A stretch of DNA of 64,000 nucleotides from Guillardia theta CCMP2712 (lineage: Eukaryota > Protista > Cryptophyta), in the NCBI RefSeq assembly GCF_000315625.1, contig NW_005434656.1:603741-667740 (forward strand). Reading direction: 5' to 3'. The notes under the pieces were generated by a model that saw only the letters and a list, made by a program, of their open reading frames with translations, was not told where the DNA came from and made no database searches. Every line of letters begins with the position of its first letter. The first letter of the stretch is position 1. The translations under genes and the position numbers were made by a program. Below, in pieces: positions 50,385 to 60,284 of the stretch.

Positions 50385-51075
50385 CAGGCGCGTGTGGTAT
50401 GAGGGTCTACCGAGCATTTGAGCCTGGCCGAAACAGGCTTTGAGTCGGCACCGGCACACTGACAGGGCGCCGCGCGGCCGGCCAGGCCCGGCCCGGGGCG
50501 AGGCGGCCCGCCGCGTCACTGTCACAAGTGACAGTCACGCTTGTTTAGTCAAAGTTAAGTTAAAAAGCAGTACGAGGACAATCACTGAGTGTCGGGCCCG
50601 CCGCTGAGCAGTGCGGCACAGCGGCGGCGGAGCCGGCCCCGGGGACGGTCTCGCATAGCCGCGTCATACTCAGAGTCCGACAGTGCCGGGCGGCCAGTCA
50701 CATCACTGTCATGCGGCCGCCCGGCTGACTCGGTGAGTCACTGGCATAAGTTAACAAAACTCTCTCGTAACCCAAGACACGGCTGAGCCCGGAAGTTGAG
50801 TTGTTTGTAAGTTTTCAGTTTCGCACTCCGAGGCTCAGAGTCTCTAAGTTGAAGCCGGACTCTGGTCATCCGATGGCGCGCGGCGGCGGCCGAACGAGTT
50901 CCGCGGCCGTGCCGCGGCGCCGCCCCGGGCCGGGCACGTGACCCAACCGTTGAACGGTACCGTAACAGCCTCCGATGGCTCAGCCTGCCAGTGTGGCACT
51001 GGCCGGGCTGACCGTACTACTAGGCTAACCGTTGAACCGTGGTAGCGGCGTGCCGCCCCAGGCTCGGACCCCGAG
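50385..51075. other. Class-1 intergenic palindromic-word island with the second copy of the dispersed repeat core
   Basis: GTCACTGTCACAAGTGACAGTCAC, core CAGTACGAGGACAATCA at 50568-50584, TGACTCGGTGAGTCA and AAGTTAAC; AACGG cluster at the right edge. Confidence 0.7.
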
Positions 51076-51144
51076 TTTCAAAAAGGCGTGTGCGGGTGGT
51101 CAAGTAGAGCGAACGCAGATGGCTCAAGCATAACCAGCTGGAGC

Positions 51145-52252
51145 ATGTCGGGGAAGCGCGGGGAAGCAAGAGCAGTGGATGACGAGGGTGACTTCCTGTG
51201 TGAGGACGTGGCAGGACGAGCGAAGGAAACGATAGTTCGCTGCGGGTTGCTGGGTGACTCGGTAGTGAACGCGCTGAAAGGAGCAAGGGTGACATACAAG
51301 GAGAGCAACAACCCCTACCTGGATGTGGTCCTGCCTGGAGACCTGGCATGCATGTACGTGCCAGCTAGACAGCTTGAGAGCTTCGACAGGATGATGCAGC
51401 AAGAGCTACAGAACCCCGTCTGGTTCAGCCACCAGGGGAAGGGAAACGAGAACGTTGGCAAAGAAACCGCGACAAGCAACCCTGGGTTGGAGAGGAGCCT
51501 CAAGGGGAGGGTGGACGAGATAAGGAGGTCTGCTGTGTTTCCTCACTGTCTGTGGTCTTACTGTGAGCAAAGGCACAAGTCGGCAGCGATTTGTATCGAG
51601 AAGAGCAAGTCGGTCGACACCAGCTCAACCATTTCAAAGGCGCAGTATTTGTTTGTGGTCAAGCACGACATACAAGTCATTCCGGTCTGTCATGCTCTCA
51701 TGTGCCCTTTGCTTCCTTACTACCTGCTTGTCGCTCCGCCCATCAGGTGGCTGACGCAGACGGGTTTGTCGCATACCTGCTAAGAAAACTTTCGCCGCCG
51801 TCCCTGAAGGACAAACAAATCGCATCGAGGTTGAAGGTGGAGCACCGGAGGCCCGTCAGCGCTTCATTGTGCAGCATCGCTCTCTTGATGCCAGCATCTC
51901 CCCTCACTCGTCTCGTGGCAGGGCGTCAGAGCTGGTCCTACAACTTCCAGGAATGCAGAAACCGGCGAGCGACAAGGTGTTGAAGCAGTGAGTCGAGGAG
52001 GTGCGGGGAGACGAGCGACTCTCATGGGGTTGAGCGAACAGCTTTCGGAGGCTCGGAGCGTTCTTCTGTGCGGAGCAAGAGGAGATAGAGAAGGTGAAGA
52101 GGAGGAAGAGAGGAGCAGACGATCGCTGAGACCTTTGGCGGGCAGGTCGTGGGAGATCGGGACGAGGCGACGAGGTAGCTGGTGATGGAGCATGTGGGTC
52201 TTGTGACTACTGTTGCAGGCTTCATCGTCTCTTCCGATGCAGCAGAGGGTGA
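51145..52252 (+). CDS. FAAP24-like protein (ERCC4-like domain plus tandem HhH)
   Basis: DVVLPGDLACMYVP..AAICIEKS..AQYLFVVKHDIQVIP|VAD. Spliced C-terminus LVLQLPGMQKPASDKVLK|HFRRLGAFFCAEQEEIEK|VVGDRDEATR|LHRLF parallels FAAP24 QQIPGVG..LLQKF.SI..L.NAS..ELEQVVG..AQQIHAFF. Confidence 0.65.
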
Positions 52253-52699
52253 CGTATGGAAGGAAGAGGATAGATCACTGAGTCTTTGTTGTTTCCAGGC
52301 ATCACAATTACGCAATCAAGTGTGCCAAGAAAGCCAACGCAGCGGCGAGGATGTTTCGATAGCAGGAGGCAGGTTTGTTTGTCCCAATAAGTTCATTTCA
52401 TATTCGTTATGAGGCAAAGAAGATCAAAAGAATTAATAATCTTACATCTTGTTGTGTCCTAGAGATACCAAGCACCACACAATCATATCGGATCATACGA
52501 CCTCACCGCACCTCTCTGAACTTTCGCTCAAAGAAGAGTAATCAGCTTCACAATCAATCACGCCATGTTCAAGAAGCTAGCGGATGGGCTGCCAAACATC
52601 AAGGCCCCGAAGTTGTCGCTTCTACCCTTGCTGTCACCGTCGTCGTAAGCATCGATTGGCGAACCCTGGAAGCAGACATGGTTAGAATTGTAGAGATAG

Positions 52700-54261
52700 T
52701 CATAGAAGGGAGTCCTGCTTGACCTGATGCATCAGGAAGTTTGAGTCCGTCGTATGGGAGGGAGTTGATAGCAAGTTGAAGTCCAGCACACGTGGCTTCT
52801 TGTTGCGAGGAGGAGAGAGGAGGTTGTCTGCGTCGCCATATTTGGAGTCCGGTGAGGCGCTTCGGCTGCTTGACATGGGAGCAACACGAAAGGCGATGTC
52901 TTTGTGATCCCGAGGAGTAGAGTCGTAGTCCTTTCGATTCTGACATTCCTCGCACTTGCATTTGTCTGTGCACTGAACTCCAGCCCTGTTGAAGCAATCA
53001 GAAGCGGTAGCAAGACACACGACAAACTCACTGGTAACATTCGCAATACTTCTTCAGGCAGTGCGATTTCTTGCATCGACATCCGCGAGCATGCATTCCC
53101 TTGTCTTGCTGGATTTCGTCCACAATCTTGGGAGCAAACGCATTGTTGTTTCTTTGCTTGATTGTATCGACTGCTTGCAGTCGCATGTCCTCATGGTCTC
53201 CATCATTCGCACAATCAACACATTTGCATCCGGAGCAAATCTCTCCAGCGGCAAAGCACTCGCAGTATCTAGCAGATAGATAGGTAAGCTGTGTAAATGC
53301 ATCCAAACAGACTTACAATTTAAGACATCGTGATTTCTTGCAAGAACAGACCTTCTTTCTCGAGTCGCTCTGATCAGCATTCCTGTCTTTGTAGTCGAGA
53401 GTCTGGAGTGATGGGGTCGCTGGAACTATAGCAGATTTGTACCTGTCACTCATCATCAGCTCCTGCACAGAACGACCTAGATTTCACTACTTGTATGCGA
53501 TCGCAGGAGTTTCGAAGCCTTGCACATTCACCACGTCTTTGTTCATGTCGAATGAGAACAAATCGCAAATGGAAAGCCTTGGTCGACGAGTCTGCATGAA
53601 TGCCAAATCCTCTGCGAGCTTGATGGGCACTTTCACCAAGGTGTTGGAGGCCGTCTTGTCGAGTTCCTTGATGGTTACAGCATCAGCAAACACACTAACA
53701 ATCAGGGCACTCACAGATCCGATCTTCATCTCGAAGGCAGATGTTTGATCGACGTGCGTGATCGGGCTAGCATTCTTTGACATGGAGAGAACATCGTTGG
53801 AGCGGGAGTCATGCTCTTGCAGAGGAGACGTGTCTCTGGTTGAGAGAGAAAGGGTCAGAGGAGGAGCACAGAGACGCCCGACAGCTCACATCTTGACCGG
53901 ACGGATCTGCGAATAGGAAGGCGACAAGATCGACCTCTCCACACTAGCAGGGGTCATCATCTCGTTATCCAAACAGTCCAAGCTGCTAGTCGCCCATTCT
54001 CGGAAGGGAGATTGTCCAGGGGTGATGTTTCGGTTCGGAGTGCATTCGAGGATGTTCAGCTGACCTCCGGGGCTCGTTTGCAACGCGCCTTACAAGACGC
54101 CATCAGGTCAAGCAGGAGGAGAGTCGCAAAGTACCAGGGCTATCGACCACGCTCTTTTCTTCTTCCTTTGCACCCCGGTTGGCCTGCTGTGCTTTGTTCG
54201 CACTTCTTGTTTCACGTCGACTCCGGGTCGGCGGTTTTGGGGTTCGGAAAGGAGAGCTCAT
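52700..54261 (-). CDS. Tesmin/TSO1/LIN54-like CXC-hinge-CXC (CRC) DNA-binding protein; ends approximate
   Basis: CSCKKSRCLKL|YCECFAAG..C..C.C.DC.N, hinge IKQRNNNAFAPKI and HARGCRCKKSHCLKKYCECYQ|AGVQCTDKCKCEECQN. Confidence 0.92.
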
Positions 54262-55425
54262 ACCCAAATCAGTGTGATAGGACTGGTTATCTGATACCAA
54301 GGTCAGTGCTGCTTCATGGATCCTGATTACAATGAATTTCCAGTTCTTTGGGGAAACTTGATCATGACATAACAACATACAATGAGAGTACACATGTGAA
54401 ATACACGGCTCTGACACTCTAACCTCATATCAAGCTGAAAAGATACCATCACTGCAGTAGATTGCGGACACGTTACTGTGTAAACGAATGAAGGTAACAT
54501 GGAGGGATTGAAAGAACACGGTTCGAGGCCAGATATTTGGCACAAACATGCACTAAACTGCATCGCTCTGCCTATATGAAAACAATCTGCATGAAATCTT
54601 GTCACCCCTGCTTAGGTACATGGTATCTATCGATTGGTTGTTTGAGCACAATATAAGCTGAGAATTGGTTAGCAACAGAAGTGCCGCGAATCAAAGTCAG
54701 AGCAGGAGGTGCAGACAGGATTGAGAGACTTGAAACAAGGCAGAGAGTGAGGGAGCAGGAGGTTGGAGGAAGCTGGTAGAGCATCAGGGAGTCTGCGGTG
54801 CCATTATTTGTAGCGCGGGGGATGGCGGGAGGCGTGCGGGGAAGCAATTCAAACAGACCCCCACCCCCCACCCCATGCTCGAAAGCTTTTTTGAAATCTT
54901 TCACATGGTGGGTGGTACTACCCTACCATTGCCTGCAGGCTTGCGTAGGGGTGGCGAAAATAGGTCGACAGATAAATAACATGTGGTACAGATTTGTAGC
55001 AGCCAAAAGTTTTGAATTTCAATACAAACATTTTTCATCAAACTCAATACTACCAATATTTGTAGCTAATTATATTTTAAGTTTTGTTAAAAATTAATTC
55101 AATGATACCATCTTTTGTACCTTGGATGCTTGGTCTTAGCAATCTTAAAATATTTTGAAATAAAAAAACTCTTTTACACATTTTTTTCCCGTCTAACTGC
55201 GTTGGACCCGACAAGTCAAACTGAAGCGCGATGATGGCAATAACGAGCAGACGCGAGCAGGAAGGGAGGGAGGGAGGGAGGGAGGAATGTAAGGAGGAGA
55301 GAGACGAACAGCATGAGAAGAACGCCAAGAAGAGGATCTGGTTCTCTTGCAGTGGACAAGCATCACGAACGTCAACTTCCTCCACCCCTCAGCACGACTC
55401 GCCTGCTAGGGGGAGGTCAACCACG

Positions 55426-57724
55426 ATGTTCAAGGATGGAAGGCCGAGGGCTCCTCCGAAAGTGATATCTCTGTTGGGAACTCGCCATGCAAGCTACAAG
55501 TACACGGAAGATACTCATCGTCCGGCTCGACAGCCACAGGAGCCAACCAGGGAGTTGCCAGTGGAGCTCCCAACGAGGCAACATGAAAAGATCGTGGACG
55601 CAGTTGCGGTCGACAGCCTTTCATGGCTCAACGCTGTCCGCCGAGTTGCCTCCGATGTGCGGACAGGATGCGAATCAACTCTGAGTCAGTTTGATCAGAC
55701 TCAGGGAGACGAGAGCTTCGGGAACGACCTGTTGGACAGGCACGAGCGGGTTGTCATGAAAGCCTACAACATGGGTGGCGGCGTGAGAGGCTTCGAGCGA
55801 ACACATGCAGGTAAAGAAAGAGGGTAGAGACCTCCTTGTTCTGATTTGAAGGCCTGGCAGTTGAGGCAGCCAGACGTCTGACGTCCATGTTGTCGAGGGA
55901 GGAAGACGACCCGCAAGTTCGAAGGCTTTCTGAGCATGTCCGTGAGCTGAGCAAGAGGACTGTAGACCTCAGACCCAGCGATCCCTGGGACTGGGAAGAG
56001 ACGCCGAGGAGGCCAGAGAAAGAGAATCTCAACACGAACTTGAGCGAGGCCCAGCTGAACTTGCCAGAGGCTGCGCAAATCCCGGCAAAGGTCGTCAACA
56101 CAACGGCAATAGCCCCGAAAGCGATATCAGTCTGGTTGTCCGAAGTTCAGGTGCGATTGATCCCCCCGTTTGAGAACGAGGCGAAGAGGAAGGAGTGGAG
56201 CTGCTGTGTCAAAGTTTCCTTCTGCAACCAGAAGGTCAAGAGTCGACCGACGAGCTCGTGTTCCAACGCCTGTGGCTTCTCCGAGCTGTTCTGTTTCGAG
56301 CGCGTTGACCTGCAAAGGGTTGAGGACGACAGCATGTGGATCAAGGTCAAGCTCTCAGTCTTCTTGGGAAGCAGGAGAGTGCAGACACAGATGCTGTTCC
56401 TTCCTGTCTTGAAGATGCAGAGTGAAGGAGAGAGCAAGTACCTTCACCGGAAAGAGCTCCCAGAGAACCTTGAAGGTGATCTTCGAGGAAAGCTATCTTT
56501 CTCGTGCTTCGTTCACACGTCCGTCGGGGATAAGATAAGGCACCCGAAGGGCGTACAAGAGTCCAGAGCAAGGATCCCAACAGCTCGAGTAGCTGGCCAG
56601 CAGGAGGAAACTGCAAACGTCTTGCTGGAATATGTCAGGGTGAAGCAGCAGGCCGGTGCCAGAAGTCAGCAGAGTCTTATGGAACCTGAGGTGAAGAGAG
56701 GAGAGGATGAAGATGTGCGTGAGTGACTCGTGCTGCAGGGTGTACCGAAGGAGCAGGAGCTTGATGAGAGACTGAACGTGGCAAGGCAACAGGCGGAGCA
56801 TCAGCAAAGGATGCAGACGTTGGAGGAGATGAGGGCGAGGACGCTGAAGTTTGATGATCCGAACCACCTCAGGATACTGGCAAGCAAGAGGGAAGAGCCC
56901 TTGCTCAAGACCGGGAGCGCGATCACTGAGAGATACCTAACGTCCGAACACAACAAGACGCTGCTGGACAACTGCAGCATCCTGTTCGGCGGCGAGCGGG
57001 AAAGGGACGGGGAAGATACGGAGGGGGAGGAGGAGCTGCAGGCGTTGGATTGCAGAAAGAGCATCGCGGACCTCGAGCGAAGGTTGAGCAGTCAAGTCTA
57101 CCATGAAGAGCACGGCCAGTGCGACTTCGGAATCGACTTCGAGGACGAGTATCCTTATGCTGTCAAGGATGCGAGCCATCTCATGAGCCCAGGATGGGTC
57201 CAGCAAGAAGATCCCAAGTACCAGCAGCCGCACGTGCGACCAGGAGACCTTCTGCTGCAGGTAGACTGCTCCCCTCTCTCCCCTCCTTGTGATTTCCTTC
57301 TCAGGTCGGCCAAATCCCCGTTGAGCACCTTGACTTGTCCTTCCGCCGTCGGCTCCTATGGGGATCGCCATTTCAGTCCCTCCCGCTCCTCTTCGTCCGC
57401 CCTCGCACTGGTGAGAAGTACACTGTTCAGGCCCTCCGCCATCGCTTCCTTGGCACGAGTACCGCTAGAGCAGCGCCGGCATCGGAGACTAAGGCAGGAG
57501 CTGCTCTCCCTGCCTCGATCTGCTCTAACTCGTTCCTACAGGCCGAAGGCTTCAGGTGGCAGAGCGAGAAGTTCCGGCAGCTTCAGGTGCCGCAGCCTCT
57601 CCTTGAAGGTTCGATTGACTCGCTCGCGCAGGAGCGGCTGGAGCCACTGGAGGTGAGGATCCGAAGATTGCAGATCAAGAGGGCAAGGCAGGGGCAGGAG
57701 GAAGCGCCTCAAAGAATGATATAG
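55426..57724 (+). CDS. Unknown protein with C2-like and PDZ-like segments
   Basis: CVKVSFCNQKVKSR...FSELFCFE is C2-like. DFGIDF..PGW..HVRPGDLLLQ|V..LLWGSPF..LLFVRP.TGEKYTV.ALRH is PDZ-like. Confidence 0.55.
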
Positions 57725-57940
57725 ATGCTCTCAGCCGGATGTAAGAGTGAAGATGTTCCACAAGCGCATAACGCGCATTTAACGTAAAACATGTCATTTA
57801 CTCGCTAGACAGAAACAGCACGGAGTGTACAAAAGGAAGTGCTCAAGGTAGCAAGCCTCCAACCCAATTCCCCATGGGGTTAATCTTAAAGACAAGCATG
57901 GCAGCCATAGCCACATGGAGCAGAAGAAGTCATTTCACCA

Positions 57941-58837
57941 TCATTGAGTGGCGAGATTGCTCTTGTCCAGACCATCAAAGTAAGGATGCAGCATGGCTGC
58001 CTTGGCCGAGCATCGTCGAGAAGGCTCATAGATCAGAGTCTGTGAGAGCAGGTCGAGCCCAGGTCCGTCCATCCCAGTGACGACCTCCGCTAGAGGCCTC
58101 GCGTTCCAGTGAGGGAAGGAAGGCTTGTAATCAGGCAGCTGCGTCACTCCCGGCCAACCCTCCTCGTTGGGGGTTCCGAGGACTCGGAAGATCCTGAAGA
58201 GCTCGTCGATCTCAGAGTCTCCAGGGAAGAGAGGCCGTTTCATGACCAGCTCAGCGAATATGCAGCCAATGGACCACATGTCGACGGGGGTCGAATAATG
58301 CTTCGAGCCAAGCAAGATCTCAGGCGCGCGGTACCACAGCGTCACCACCTCGTGCGTGTACGTGCGGACGGGGATACCAAACGCTCGTGCTAGACCAAAA
58401 TCAGCTAATTTCAGCATCCCCGACCTGTCGATGAGGAGATTTTGAGGTTTGAGGTCACGATGCAGCACCCGGTGGGCATGGCAGAAGGCTATTCCTTGCA
58501 GCATCTGGTAGACATACGACTTGATCATCTGAGCAGGCATGCCCCCGTTCGCGTTGTACCCATCCATATGCTTCTTGAGGTCGTGTTCAAGGAATTCGAA
58601 CACAAGGTGTAGCTTGTTCTCGCTATGGACGACGTCTTTCAGCTGCACGATGTTGGGATGTTGAAGCTCCTTGAGCAAAGAAATCTCTCGAATTGCAGTC
58701 GACGGCACTCCCTCGTCTTCCGCATCAAGCCTAATCTTCTTCAAGGCAATGATCGCCTGGGTTTGTCTGTCCCGCGCTTTGTAGACAACCCCATACGTTC
58801 CCTCGCCAATTTTTTCTATCTTCAAGTATTTTTCCAT
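57941..58837 (-). CDS. CDK1: Cyclin-dependent kinase 1 (PSTAIRE), intronless
   Basis: [76 protein letters not shown] and GDSEID. Confidence 0.97.
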   Translation of the reverse strand: MEKYLKIEKIGEGTYGVVYKARDRQTQAIIALKKIRLDAEDEGVPSTAIREISLLKELQHPNIVQLKDVVHSENKLHLVFEFLEHDLKKHMDGYNANGGMPAQMIKSYVYQMLQGIAFCHAHRVLHRDLKPQNLLIDRSGMLKLADFGLARAFGIPVRTYTHEVVTLWYRAPEILLGSKHYSTPVDMWSIGCIFAELVMKRPLFPGDSEIDELFRIFRVLGTPNEEGWPGVTQLPDYKPSFPHWNARPLAEVVTGMDGPGLDLLSQTLIYEPSRRCSAKAAMLHPYFDGLDKSNLATQ

Positions 58838-59409
58838 CCTGCCAAGTTCAGTTTCAGATTGGGCAAGCTTCACATTTTCAGTGGGGAATGACTGTTTTGA
58901 CAACCAGAAAAAGATGATCAAAATTCAAGGATTCAACAATGCGCTCAATGAAATCGATTATCAAACCAACAAAGTGCACACAAGAAAAACTTCTTAGAAG
59001 ATGAGATTCCTCTCAAAACAAGTGCAGGTAGAGCCGGAGGAGCCGGAGAATGACAAGGCAGTTGCTTTGCGCAATTTGCAGAACTAACAGCAAGTAGAGC
59101 AGTGATGAACGAAAGTTGGCAGGGCAACGTGTTGGAACAAGTGAGGAGATAAGGAAAGAAACCAGGGTAAAGAGGATAAAATGAAGCGCTTCGAAGGAAA
59201 ATAGAGGGAAGGAAGGAGAATCCAGATGTTCTGAAGATGAGAGAAACACAGAGTCTGGGATGGGCGATGACAGGGAAGGATCAGCACAAGGACAAGGGCA
59301 AGGACCACCATGTCGGACGCTTCAAGGTCAAGGAAAGGAAAGGGTGAGCTATGACAAGGGGTAGGGGAAGAAAAAAATGGGGGACACAGGAAGGGGGGGG
59401 AGGGGGAGA

Positions 59410-59590
59410 AGAGATGTAAGTGAAGGAGGGGAAGGAGGAAGAGATGTAAGTGAAGGAGGGGGAGGGAGGGAAGAGATGAAAGTGAAGGAGGGGGAGGGAG
59501 GGAAGAGATGAAAGTGAGGGAGGGGGAGGGAGGGAAGAGATGTGAAGGAGGGGGAGGGAGGGAAGAGATGTAAGTGAAGGAGGGGAAGGG
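59410..59590. repeat. About 30-bp purine-rich minisatellite (AGAGATGTAAGTGAAGGAGGGGGAGGGAGGGA-like, about 6 copies)
   Basis: Directly visible in the CDK1/GT41 divergent region. Confidence 0.9.
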
Positions 59591-59936
59591 GGAGGGAAGG
59601 AGCAGGAAGCGGCTGCAGCAAGCCACACAAAGTCTGCATCAAACCTTGTGGGCGCGCGAAGAGGAGCGGCTGAGGGGCGAACTGGAGGGTCTAGGGTAGT
59701 CCACCTGGTAAAATTGACTGATAAAGTAGGGGGTCTTTAGTATCGAATATGGGGGTCGTGAAATTGGTTGTGGGGTGCCAAAAATGGGTAGGGGTGGTGA
59801 AGACTGAGGGGGACTCGTAATATTTCTCGGCTACAAAAAGTTCGCAGGTACGAGATGCACGACGATCAGTCCAGAAGGGAAAATGTGAGAACATGCTGGA
59901 AAGAAGAGGAGGAGAGGAGAGGAGGGGAGTAGAACA

Positions 59937-60162
59937 GGAGTAGGAGTAGAACAGGAGTAGAACAGGAGTAGGAGTAGGAGTAGGAGTAGGAGTAGGAGTA
60001 GGAGTAGGAGTAGGAGTAGGAGTAGGAGTAGGAGTAGGAGATGGAGATGGAGTAGGAGTAGGAGTAGGAATTGGAGATGGAGATGGAGATGGAGATGGAG
60101 TAGGAGTAGGAGTAGGAGTAGGAGTAGGAGTAGGAGTAGGAGTAGGAGTAGGAGTAGGAGAT
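59937..60162. repeat. (GGAGTA)n/(GGAGAT)n hexamer microsatellite
   Basis: Directly visible. Confidence 0.95.
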
Positions 60163-60284
60163 GAAAAGAACAGCACAACAGGAGGAGGGGAGAGAAGGAG
60201 CGAAAAGCGAACAATATCTCGTATCAGACTTACACCATAACAGGGTGGCATGAAATGACGTGTGGCAAGTGCTGGGTAACTTGC

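Noticed and set aside
57941-58837. Intronless CDK1 as a retrocopy
   Set aside because: No poly(A) remnant or TSD, and other genes here also have exons longer than 1.5 kb.
59410-59590. About 30-bp repeats resembling a CRISPR array
   Set aside because: Adjacent low-complexity units with no unique spacers, no cas genes, and a eukaryotic context.
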